This document shows positions 1 through 8,514 of a DNA stretch of 32,000 bases, piece by piece. Positions within the stretch are counted from its first letter, which is position 1. Every line of letters begins with the position of its first letter. The stretch lies in the NCBI RefSeq assembly GCF_000008665.1, contig NC_000917.1, positions 960,001 through 992,000 on the forward strand. Reading direction: 5' to 3'. The notes beneath the pieces are model-generated. The model saw only the letters and a list, made by a program, of their open reading frames with translations. It had not been told where the DNA came from and made no database searches. This DNA is from Archaeoglobus fulgidus DSM 4304. GTDB taxonomy: Archaea > Halobacteriota > Archaeoglobi > Archaeoglobales > Archaeoglobaceae. Position numbers and translations under genes: made by a program.

Positions 1-195
1 CTTCGTCGCATCGCCAGTAACCTTCACAAAAATGATTTCGATGTCGGTCTCAACCTTCTCGTTCAAATTTCCAGAAACAGAGGTGTATGAGTGGGCCAAG
101 TCCTTAACTGCGGGCAAAATAACCATAATGGCAGCGGTAACCGCTACCACCGTAGCTATCATCAGGATCGATGTGGATATCACCTCCCTTGCCAT
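1..195 (-). CDS. archaellum accessory protein, FlaG/FlaF (ArlG/ArlF) family; only the N-terminal 65 codons are in the window
   Basis: ATG at 195..193. Translation is MAREVISTSILMIATVVAVTAAIMVILPAVKDLAHSYTSVSGNLNEKVETDIEIIFVKV..., a short polar N-terminus followed by a hydrophobic helix. It lies directly downstream of flaB-flaB-flaD/E on the same strand. It is absent from the ORF track because there is no stop inside the window. Confidence 0.55.
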   Translation of the reverse strand, partial: MAREVISTSILMIATVVAVTAAIMVILPAVKDLAHSYTSVSGNLNEKVETDIEIIFVKVTGDATK

Positions 196-227
196 CGTAA
201 TACCTCAGCGCAGCCGCTCTCACGGCC

Positions 228-1037
228 TCACAGCCTCTTGTCCAGTATCAGACTAAGCAGCTTTGAGTCCATGCTCGTATCTGCTGGATTCATCAGCTTG
301 TGCAGCCTGTAGAGCTCAAGAAGCATGTCCTCGAATCCATCGTTGAGCGAAACAAGCTCTGCAATCTTGCAGATGAAGTCCCTCGCATCCTTTGAGATGT
401 AGCCAGCAGACTCGAAGAGCTCCAGCATTAGCGTCAGAGAGTCGAGATTGTACTTCTCAAGCATCCCCTTTACCCACTCCATCAGGTTGAACAGCGTGAC
501 TATGTCGTATTTGGTGATTAAATCAGCAGTCTTCGGAGTCGTTCTCTTCACAGGTTTCTCAAAGCTGTAAGCCTGCAAGCTATCACCTTCCAAATCAACT
601 TCTTCCATCACCTCCGGGATGGGCTCAGCCGATTTAGATTCATCCAATTCTCTTACAACATCTTCCTCAGGAGGTTCATCCTCCTTAACCTCTTTAAGTT
701 CAGGTTCCGCTTCCGGCTCGGGTTCGGGCCCGGTTTCGGTTTCAGGTTGCTCCACCTCAGGTTCAGGTTTCGGTGGTTCTGGAATCTGTGCCGGAACAAC
801 CTGAATCTGCGGCGGCTGATAGGAAGCCCCTCCAGCAAGTGCGCCCTCTGCAAGATTCTGCAGGTTCTGGAAGGGGTTTTCGAGGTTGTTCAGCGTCTCT
901 CTCAGGTCGAGAAGTAGCTTCTTAACAGACCCCTTCAGAACGTCGAGCTCCTTCTCAAGTCTGTCGATTCTGCCTTCAGCAGTATCGGCCTCTGCACTTG
1001 CCAGAATTTCGTCAATCGCTGCCTGATCGACATCCAT
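228..1037 (-). CDS. flaD: archaellum protein FlaD/E (ArlD/E) family
   Basis: 269-aa ORF immediately after two archaellin genes. It has an N-terminal coiled-coil-like segment, a Pro/Glu-rich low-complexity linker (PEPPKPEPEVEQPETETGPEPEPEAEPE), and a C-terminal block LMEWVKGMLEKYNLDSLTLMLELFESAGYISKDARDFI resembling the Arch_fla_DE domain. Confidence 0.7.
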   Translation of the reverse strand: MDVDQAAIDEILASAEADTAEGRIDRLEKELDVLKGSVKKLLLDLRETLNNLENPFQNLQNLAEGALAGGASYQPPQIQVVPAQIPEPPKPEPEVEQPETETGPEPEPEAEPELKEVKEDEPPEEDVVRELDESKSAEPIPEVMEEVDLEGDSLQAYSFEKPVKRTTPKTADLITKYDIVTLFNLMEWVKGMLEKYNLDSLTLMLELFESAGYISKDARDFICKIAELVSLNDGFEDMLLELYRLHKLMNPADTSMDSKLLSLILDKRL

Positions 1038-1071
1038 GGTATCACCTCTAAAAAATTAAAAATTTGGGGGA

Positions 1072-1686
1072 TTACTTGAGCAGCACCATCATGCTGTCTA
1101 TGCTTGGCGGAGCCTTCAGCTCAATCGGGTATGTTGCGCCTATTGGTGGCTTGACCTCAATTATGAAGTCGTCGTTGGGGTTGATGTCAAGGCCAGCACC
1201 TGTGGAGTCGAGGTAAACGGTAACCTCAGCCTTCTCAAACTCCTCAAGGTAGTTGTCGGGGCTGCTGCCCTGGAGGCTGTAGATCCAGTTGACATAGTAT
1301 TCCGATGCCTTGTCTAAGGAGGAACTATTGCTCTCATACGATAGCTCCACGAAATCTCCGTCCTTCGGAACGAGGACTGTAATGACGGTCTTGTTCAGGT
1401 CGATTGGCTGCCCACCGGCAGCGAGCTGGAGAGTGAAGGTAACTTCGGTTATGTTGTCATTGGTGGTGCTGCCCTTTGCCACGATGCTACCGACAAGCTC
1501 CATGCTGCTCGTCGCCTGCTTTACTCCTGTGTGCACAGTCTCCTGACCCTTCTGCGTTGCGAAGAATCCCGCTCCCAGCAGCACGTAGCTGAAGACCGCA
1601 GCGACGGTCACGAAGGCTATCAGCACGATTGCCGCTTCAAGGCCCGTAAAACCTTTTTCGTTCTTCAGGAACCTCATTCCCATCAC
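1072..1686 (-). CDS. flaB: archaellin (archaeal flagellin FlaB/ArlB)
   Basis: Class III signal peptide and conserved mature N-terminus: KNEKG/FTGLEAAIVLIAFVTVAAVFSYV. Paralogous to the upstream gene. The start may be one of three ATGs (MMGM). Confidence 0.9.
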   Translation of the reverse strand: MMGMRFLKNEKGFTGLEAAIVLIAFVTVAAVFSYVLLGAGFFATQKGQETVHTGVKQATSSMELVGSIVAKGSTTNDNITEVTFTLQLAAGGQPIDLNKTVITVLVPKDGDFVELSYESNSSSLDKASEYYVNWIYSLQGSSPDNYLEEFEKAEVTVYLDSTGAGLDINPNDDFIIEVKPPIGATYPIELKAPPSIDSMMVLLK

Positions 1687-1687
1687 C

Positions 1688-2326
1688 TCACACGAATGTC
1701 AGATTGGTGAAGCTCGGTGGCAGCGTCTTGGTTATCGTCAGCGGTGCGCCGATGGGTGGGCGGACTTCAATTGTCACCACATCATTGGGGTTGAGCTCAC
1801 CTATACCGCTCCACTCGGTGTTGTTCACGTCAATCGTTATCTTGTACTTTTCATTCGGCTCAACCACATTATCTCCATCACCGACCGTATCATCATACCA
1901 CCAGGGGCAGTCCGTTCCCGGTGTGCATGAATCGTTGAAGAACAGCTGCTTGAATCCAGTGTCAGTGGTAATCGCAATCGAGGTCATGTTAAGGTCCACT
2001 GGAGAACCGCCGGCAGTCTGGGTTACGTAGAAGTAAACCTGCCCGACCTTACCGCTTGACCCGGTTTGCCCATTAGCAGCCGACGTGCAGTTCAAATAAA
2101 TGTACTGCCCGTCGAGCGTCAGGCTGCTCGATGCCTGCTTCACTCCCGTGTCAACGACCTTCTTTGACTTCTGCGTGGTGTAGAAACCCGCTCCGAGCAT
2201 GACGTAGCTGAACACTGCCGCCACTACAACGAAGGCTATCAGCACGATTGCAGCTTCAAGCCCTGTGAATCCCTTCTCGTCCCTTCTCAATTTCCTACTC
2301 CCTACTCTCATCCCATCACCTCTCAC
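1688..2326 (-). CDS. flaB: archaellin (archaeal flagellin FlaB/ArlB)
   Basis: RRDEKG/FTGLEAAIVLIAFVVVAAVFSYV archaellin N-terminus with several N-x-S/T sequons. Only 1 nt separates it from the next archaellin. The true start may be the internal ATG (MRVGSRK..., 2311). Confidence 0.9.
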   Translation of the reverse strand: MRGDGMRVGSRKLRRDEKGFTGLEAAIVLIAFVVVAAVFSYVMLGAGFYTTQKSKKVVDTGVKQASSSLTLDGQYIYLNCTSAANGQTGSSGKVGQVYFYVTQTAGGSPVDLNMTSIAITTDTGFKQLFFNDSCTPGTDCPWWYDDTVGDGDNVVEPNEKYKITIDVNNTEWSGIGELNPNDVVTIEVRPPIGAPLTITKTLPPSFTNLTFV

Positions 2327-2358
2327 CTCATCCTCAAACTAAACCAGCGATTAGCAAT

Positions 2359-2378
2359 ATATAAGAATTTTCTTATAT
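2359..2378. promoter_or_regulatory. A/T-rich 9-bp inverted repeat (ATATAAGAA-tt-TTCTTATAT) overlapping the probable TATA region of the archaellin operon
   Basis: Read directly: atataagaattttcttatat, perfect 9-bp arms with a 2-nt centre, about 35-50 nt upstream of the flaB start codons at 2326/2311. Confidence 0.4.
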
Positions 2379-2414
2379 GTTGAAATTACCTTTTTCTAAG
2401 TTGAAATTTCCTTT
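2379..2414. promoter_or_regulatory. two direct repeats GTTGAAATT(A/T)CCTTT spaced 21 bp start to start, upstream of the archaellin promoter
   Basis: gttgaaattaccttt at 2379..2393 and gttgaaatttccttt at 2400..2414 (14/15 identical). The 21-bp phasing equals two helical turns. Located in the trmY/flaB intergenic region. Confidence 0.4.
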
Positions 2415-2422
2415 ACGTAATT

Positions 2423-3585
<1,163 letters not shown>

Positions 3586-3615
3586 AAAAATTGAAAAAGA
3601 AATGTATATTTAAAT

Positions 3616-3972
3616 TCATCTTCTGTAAACTTCACCAATGTCAAGCTCGATTTTTTCGCTGATTAAATCCACAACCTCTCCAATTACCGCAAGCAGCCTG
3701 TTGTATGATTCGATAAACCTTACGACACTCTCTCTCGCATTCAACTTTGACTGCAGCTCTGTAAGCTCACCGAGCAAATCCTGATCGTACTCACCAGAGA
3801 GCTGCTTGGTCACAAAGTCCTGCTGCTTCTGCTGGAACTCGACAAGCAGCTCCTGCGCAACTTCATCCTCTTTAAGAAGCTTCTCGTTTTCGAGAAACTC
3901 CTGATACTCTCCCAAACCCTTAATGCTCTCAGCCAGCTCAATTGCCTTAGCCTTTATTCCTTCATCCAACAT
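3616..3972 (-). CDS. small helical protein, YlbF/YmcA-like (UPF0342) pattern; function unknown
   Basis: 118 aa, all-helical, acidic. The pattern A..LA..I....EY..F......L..D..AQ.L..EF..KQ resembles the Com_YlbF family. Recognition from memory only. Confidence 0.45.
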   Translation of the reverse strand: MLDEGIKAKAIELAESIKGLGEYQEFLENEKLLKEDEVAQELLVEFQQKQQDFVTKQLSGEYDQDLLGELTELQSKLNARESVVRFIESYNRLLAVIGEVVDLISEKIELDIGEVYRR

Positions 3973-4081
3973 TCAAATCACCCTTTTTAAATTTCCAGCA
4001 CTCTCTTTCAAGACTATATTAAGGTTTCCCTCTGAAGTCCCTGAATGAGGAACCGTATAACTCACACCTAAGACGTAAACC

Positions 4082-4088
4082 TTTATAA
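4082..4088 (+). promoter_or_regulatory. TATA box of the tRNA-Ala promoter
   Basis: aaaccTTTATAAcccc lies 24-30 nt upstream of the tRNA 5' end at 4112. Confidence 0.5.
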
Positions 4089-4111
4089 CCCCTGAGGTCA
4101 AAAAGGTTCAA

Positions 4112-4183
4112 GGGCTCGTAGCTCAGCGGGAGAGCGCCGCCTTCGCGAGGCGGAGGCCGCGGGTTCAAATCCCGCCGAGTCCA
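4112..4183 (+). tRNA. tRNA-Ala (anticodon CGC)
   Basis: Cloverleaf folded by hand. Acceptor GGGCTCG/CGAGTCC has the G3:U70 alanine identity pair. D arm GCTC/GAGC. Anticodon stem CCGCC/GGCGG with loop TTCGCGA (CGC). T arm GCGGG-TTCAAAT-CCCGC. Discriminator A. No encoded CCA. Confidence 0.95.
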
Positions 4184-4185
4184 TG

Positions 4186-4196
4186 TTTTTTCTTTT
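4186..4196 (+). terminator. oligo-T tract after tRNA-Ala (archaeal-type terminator)
   Basis: tttttctttt lies immediately 3' of the tRNA. Confidence 0.4.
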
Positions 4197-4265
4197 GGCC
4201 AGTGAACAACCAATACAATTCAATGTTTCAAAAAATTTTATGAACTCCCTTATCAAAAATACGTC

Positions 4266-4442
4266 ATGGAAAAAGTAATTCTCGAACATCTCCAGAGAAT
4301 AGAGAAACAACTCGAAATTCTTAACAGCAAGATTGAAAACTTCTTAGGATTCGAGGAGCTGAGCGAAGAGGAGTTGAAAGAGCTTGATGAAATTGAAGCT
4401 AAGATGGAGAAAGGAGAAAAGTTTGTTTTGAATGATGTTTGA
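4266..4442 (+). CDS. small antitoxin-like protein (58 aa) of a relBE-type module
   Basis: MEKVILEHLQRIEKQLEILNSKIENFLGFEELSEEELKELDEIEAKMEKGEKFVLNDV. Below the track's length cut-off. Its stop overlaps the start of the downstream RelE-like reading frame (ATGATGTTTGA). Confidence 0.6.
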   Translation: MEKVILEHLQRIEKQLEILNSKIENFLGFEELSEEELKELDEIEAKMEKGEKFVLNDV

Positions 4443-4679
4443 AATCTTCCTCAGCAGGCAGGCAAAGAAATTTCTTGATTCTCTTAACGAGGTCAGCAGA
4501 GATAGGATCCAAGAGAAATTGTTGAAGTTGAAAGAAGATCCCTTCTCCATTCCCTACAGGAAGATTAAGGGGAGAGACAGCACAGAGTAGGAGATTTCAG
4601 GATAATTTATTCGGTCAGAGGGAATGAAATAAGGATTCTAAAACTAGACAAGAGAGAAAGGGTTTTCGAAAGATTATAG
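4432..4679 (+). pseudogene. relE: RelE/ParE-family toxin gene interrupted by a frameshift
   Basis: Frame 1 reads MMFEIFLSRQAKKFLDSLNEVSRDRIQEKLLKLKEDPFSIPYRKIKGRDSTE* (stop 4588..4590). The canonical continuation RVGDFRIIYSVRGNEIRILKLDKRERVFERL* is in another frame, ending at 4677..4679. Confidence 0.65.
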
Positions 4680-5023
4680 GTCTGTCGATTGGCCAATCTT
4701 CTCATAACTCACCCTCAGGGGAGAGCTGGGTAATCCTTCAACCCAGGTTGATACAGCTCAAGAGATCTAAAGCCTTCATAGCTTTCTTATCTTTCAAAAA
4801 GCACCATACCTTTGCTGAGAGCTTGCTTAACGATTGGATTCTCCTCTCCTGCGAGATGCGGAAAGACCTCCACAGGGAAGTCAACATTAAAGCTCTTCGG
4901 CTTTCAGCTTAAAACCCTTATTAGCCCGTCAGTCTCAGCCAGAATACTCTCACAGAATTCAAGCACTCTTCTACAATCTTTCATGGGAAAAATGTTAAAA
5001 ATAGCCAGAAAAGAGTTTCAACG

Positions 5024-6541
5024 ATGAAAGGGGCCATAGGTAAGATTTACGGCGAAGCGTCACCGTTTGAGTTCAACTTCGTGATTTTCAACCAGAAGCA
5101 GGTAAAGAGGGGAGATTACATTAAGGTTTGGAACGATGTTGACGGTTGGGTTGTTGCATACGTCGAGAGCATAGTTGCAAAGTCAAATGTCAGGGATAAG
5201 GAAATTAGGGAGATTGCAAACGGCTCGAAGGAAGTTTTTATCGGGAAAGCTGTTGTTCTCGGTAAGAGAGAGGATGGAAGGTTGAAGGTTCCGAGAAGTC
5301 CCTTCGTTCCGGGAGAGAGCGTTTTTCTAGCTGAAGATAAGCTGATTGCAGAAGTCCTTGGTTTGAGTGTGGACGGTGTTTACGTCGGTCTTCTTGGCGA
5401 TACCGGGGTTAAGGTAAAGCTCGATCCCAACAGCCTCGTGCAGAAGCACGTTTGCATTCTCGCAAAAACGGGAAGCGGCAAAAGCTACACTGCGGGTGTG
5501 ATTATAGAGGAGCTTCTCGAGAAAAACGTCCCTCTGCTGATTATTGACCCTCATGGAGAGTATCACTCGATGCGTTATCCAAACGAGTCTGTTGATGGCG
5601 ATTTTGGTGTCAAGCCGAAGGGCTACGAAGACCAGATACGCATTCTCGCTCCACCAATATCGCCTTTCGCCGAAAGAGCTGATGAGCTCCTCATCCTTGA
5701 CGGCGTGAATCTGTCAGCGGAGGAGCTCATCGAGCTAACGGGGCTGAAAAACCCAACGGCCCAAGCTCTGCTTTACCAGGCGCTGAAGGAGCTCAAAGAC
5801 GAAGACTACACAATCAGAGATATCATGGATGAGGTTGAAAGTATAAAGCACAACGGAAAGTGGACTCTTCTCGGGGCGCTGGCAAAGGTTGAGGAGTCAG
5901 GGCTTTTCGGAGAGAAACCCACAGACCTGAGAAAGCTCCTTCAACGCGGAAAGGCAACGATAATCGACCTTCGTGGAGTTGAGCCAACTTACCAGGATTT
6001 AATAGTCTCGAGGGTCTGCACCAAGCTTTTCGAGCTGAGAAAAAAGGGGGAGGTTGAACCTGGGATGATCGTGATTGAGGAGGCTCACAACTTCATTCCT
6101 GAAAGGGGATTTGACAAAGCGGTTTCTACGGGGATTCTGAGAACCATAGCCAGCGAGGGAAGGAAGTTCGGTCTCGGCCTCATGGTAATAAGTCAAAGGC
6201 CCGCGAGAGTTGATAAAAACGTGATAAGCCAGTGCAACACCCAAATCATTCTGAGAGTGACGAATCCAAACGACATAAACGCCATCAAAAACGGAGTTGA
6301 GGGGATTACGGCAGAGATGGTTGAGGAAATCAAACGCCTTCCGCCCGGGCATGCGATGATCGTCAGTCCGGAGCTTGAAAGGCCAGTTATCGTTAGAGTT
6401 AGGAGCAGGAGAAGCAAGCACGGTGAGGCTGTGAGCGTAACGAAGCCGAAGGAAGACAAGAAGAAAAAGAAACAGAAGAAGAGCAAAAAAGTTGAGGCGA
6501 AGAAGGAAAAGAAGGGGTTCCTGAGGAGGCTTTTCGGCTAA
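5024..6541 (+). CDS. HerA-like (FtsK/HerA superfamily, DUF87) ATPase with a lysine-rich C-terminal tail
   Basis: N-terminal barrel-like region (GDYIKVWNDVDGWVVAYVESIV). Walker A ILAKTGSGKSYT. Walker B MIVIEEAHNF. ISQRP motif. C-terminal KPKEDKKKKKQKKSKKVEAKKEKKGF. No NurA-like partner is adjacent. Confidence 0.85.
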   Translation: MKGAIGKIYGEASPFEFNFVIFNQKQVKRGDYIKVWNDVDGWVVAYVESIVAKSNVRDKEIREIANGSKEVFIGKAVVLGKREDGRLKVPRSPFVPGESVFLAEDKLIAEVLGLSVDGVYVGLLGDTGVKVKLDPNSLVQKHVCILAKTGSGKSYTAGVIIEELLEKNVPLLIIDPHGEYHSMRYPNESVDGDFGVKPKGYEDQIRILAPPISPFAERADELLILDGVNLSAEELIELTGLKNPTAQALLYQALKELKDEDYTIRDIMDEVESIKHNGKWTLLGALAKVEESGLFGEKPTDLRKLLQRGKATIIDLRGVEPTYQDLIVSRVCTKLFELRKKGEVEPGMIVIEEAHNFIPERGFDKAVSTGILRTIASEGRKFGLGLMVISQRPARVDKNVISQCNTQIILRVTNPNDINAIKNGVEGITAEMVEEIKRLPPGHAMIVSPELERPVIVRVRSRRSKHGEAVSVTKPKEDKKKKKQKKSKKVEAKKEKKGFLRRLFG

Positions 6542-7452
6542 TCCAAATCAATTATTTCGAGAGTGTAATCCCCAACACTCACGTAGGGTTTTTCGGCACT
6601 TTTGCTTTTCCTCACCATCTGCCTCCTAACGTGCTTGACTTCCCCTCCCGCGAGCAGGTCTGCAACGCTTGCACCATATGCTCGAGAAAAGGCCACCACC
6701 GGCGTTGTTAGCCTGGCATTAATCTCAATCACGTAGGGCTGGTCAGAGTAAACGATATCGACGCCAACGTATCCATTCAGACCTTCAACACACTCAACAG
6801 CCCTCACAGCCTCCTCCACAACCTCCCTTTTAACCTCATCGGATATCCTAGCCGGAACGACGGCTCCAGCATATCTGAAATTGTTGATAATCTGCTCGTT
6901 AACGCTCAGGCACTTCACGTCTTCTCCAACTGCAAGGCTGACGCTCAGGTTGATTCCCTCAATAAATTCCTGGGCAATGTGGCCGTCAGGAACCTCATCG
7001 CTGAAGCCTATCCCCTCTCCCGCACATGCCGTACGAGGCTTGATGATGAACTTGCAGTCGAGCGGCCTTAAGGAGGTTTGCGGAACCTGAACCTCCCCCC
7101 TCAACTTTTTGTAGAGTTCCCATTTGTCTGAGGTTACCGCAATTGCCCTGCTTGAAGAGCCGAGGTTTTCGCAGTACTTTTCAGCCTTCTTAGTCAGAGT
7201 GTAGAGCAGAAAATCGTCTTCAGGAGCGATGATCAGAAAGGCATCACTTTTCTCCAGATATTTCTCCATTGAGTCCATTGAGTCCACGGGGAGAGTGAAG
7301 AGGCATGAGAACTCAGGTCTGACGAATCCGGTGATTTCGTAGTAGTTCTTAAAGCCATCAAAGGCTGATTTAAACATCGCAAGGCCTTCAACGGCCGTAC
7401 TGTCCTCTATTCTTTCACCGCAGGTTGCGAACTCGAATAAAAAAAGTTTCAT
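6538..7452 (-). CDS. ATP-grasp ligase; possibly MfnD-like tyramine-L-glutamate ligase of methanofuran biosynthesis
   Basis: 304 aa. N-terminal MKLFLFEFATCGE... pre-ATP-grasp region, and C-terminal GYVGVDIVYSDQPYVIEINARLTTP typical of the ATP-grasp Mg/ATP site. The MfnD assignment is from memory of the COG1821-type family and is not verified. Confidence 0.7.
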   Translation of the reverse strand: MKLFLFEFATCGERIEDSTAVEGLAMFKSAFDGFKNYYEITGFVRPEFSCLFTLPVDSMDSMEKYLEKSDAFLIIAPEDDFLLYTLTKKAEKYCENLGSSSRAIAVTSDKWELYKKLRGEVQVPQTSLRPLDCKFIIKPRTACAGEGIGFSDEVPDGHIAQEFIEGINLSVSLAVGEDVKCLSVNEQIINNFRYAGAVVPARISDEVKREVVEEAVRAVECVEGLNGYVGVDIVYSDQPYVIEINARLTTPVVAFSRAYGASVADLLAGGEVKHVRRQMVRKSKSAEKPYVSVGDYTLEIIDLD

Positions 7453-7982
7453 ACCTCTATAATTTCTTCTTCGTCAGCATCTCCTTTTTCTTTTTCCTCA
7501 TCCTCATTAAGAACAATGGCAATATCAGCAGAGTTTTTGAGGGCCGTTGAGAAGCCGGGCTCGGCACCGATGATTATCGTCTCCTTTCCCATCTCCATTG
7601 CCTTCATCAAAACAGCCTTGAAGTCGGCGTCTCTCGTAACGAGGGCAACTGCATCAATCGAGTCGTTGTATATGAGCTCCATGGCTTCGACCGCCATCCT
7701 CACATCCACGTCTCCGGAAGTCACTATAGGCTCGAACCCCTGATTTTCTATTGCTTCAACAAGCTTTTCAGTGGCATATTGATTCAGAAAAACTTTGGCA
7801 ATCTTGATATCGCCATACTCAGAAAGAATTTCTCTAATCTCTTTCAAATTAATATTAAACTCCTTCCTGAGCATGTTTGGCCCATCCACAAGTACGCCAA
7901 CTTTCCTGCGCTGAGATAGTTTTCTCTTTGAGAGGTATTCTTTAATCCTCTGAATTCGCGATATCGTCGGCATGCTTTTCAA
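7449..7982 (-). CDS. NYN-domain (LabA/DUF88-like) protein, predicted RNase fold
   Basis: VGVLVDGPNM...DVDVRMAVEAMELIYNDSIDAVALVTRDADFKAVLMKAMEMGKETIIIG matches the NYN/LabA acidic motif pattern. Acidic tail. Its stop overlaps the ATP-grasp start (ATGA). Confidence 0.8.
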   Translation of the reverse strand: MKSMPTISRIQRIKEYLSKRKLSQRRKVGVLVDGPNMLRKEFNINLKEIREILSEYGDIKIAKVFLNQYATEKLVEAIENQGFEPIVTSGDVDVRMAVEAMELIYNDSIDAVALVTRDADFKAVLMKAMEMGKETIIIGAEPGFSTALKNSADIAIVLNEDEEKEKGDADEEEIIEV

Positions 7983-8091
7983 TTCTTCTCTTTGAAGTTT
8001 AAAAAAGTTTTGTTAATGACCGACATACTCTTAACGCTCTTTCTTGAAAAAGGAGCTTGCTGCATTTCTAATTGAACGATTGGACATTTTT

Positions 8092-8448
8092 TCAGCTTCC
8101 CTTGTTTAGGTACTTCGCAACGCACTCCCGGAAGTGTTTAAGGTTAAAGGGCTTTCCCAGCACTTCCTTTGCCCCCAGTCTGAGCATTTTGCTCTCGAAC
8201 TCCTGATAGTAGGCCGTTACAACTATTACAACCGCCTCGGGATTGAGCTTGAAAATCTCCTTCGCAACCTCCACCCCACTTATATCCGGCATATTGATGT
8301 CCACGATTACCAAATCAGGCATGAGTTTTCTGTAAAGTTCCAACCCTTCCCGGCCGCTGCAAGCCGAGACAACTTCGAAGCTGCCAAGAATTTCCTTGTA
8401 AAGCTCGCAGATGCTGCAATCATCGTCAACGACGAGTATCTTCGTCAT
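8092..8448 (-). CDS. stand-alone CheY-like response-regulator receiver domain
   Basis: MTKILVVDDD...PDLVIVDINMPDISG...VVIVVTA...GAKEVLGKP carries the acidic pocket, phospho-acceptor Asp, and conserved T/K positions. The start was moved to the internal ATG at 8448; the track ORF extends 16 codons further. Confidence 0.85.
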   Translation of the reverse strand: MTKILVVDDDCSICELYKEILGSFEVVSACSGREGLELYRKLMPDLVIVDINMPDISGVEVAKEIFKLNPEAVVIVVTAYYQEFESKMLRLGAKEVLGKPFNLKHFRECVAKYLNKGS

Positions 8449-8514
8449 TATATTGGGATGCAACCAAAAAAATAAAAACTTTTCTTCGCATTTCATGAAC
8501 TAGCTGAAGTTTTA

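Noticed and set aside
619-853. ORFs 619..804 (+) and 653..853 (-) inside flaD/E.
   Set aside because: They arise from the low-complexity GAA/CCN-rich linker-coding region (PE-rich linker) of flaD/E. Ser/Gly- or Arg-rich nonsense translations are expected in alternative frames of such repeats.
4160-4183. att-like duplication of tRNA 3' ends (tRNA-Ala, tRNA-Arg) delimiting an integrated element.
   Set aside because: I found no second copy of either tRNA 3' segment (GGTTCAAATCCCGCCGAGTCC or TTCGATTCCCGGCGGGGGC) elsewhere in the window. The TA island is 11 kb from tRNA-Ala and separated from tRNA-Arg by pilin and manC.
4019-4310. Two minus-strand ORFs (64 and 70 aa) overlapping the tRNA-Ala gene.
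   Set aside because: They are antisense to a clear tRNA and its flanks. The translations are Arg/Pro-rich, which is typical of reading a GC-rich tRNA backwards.
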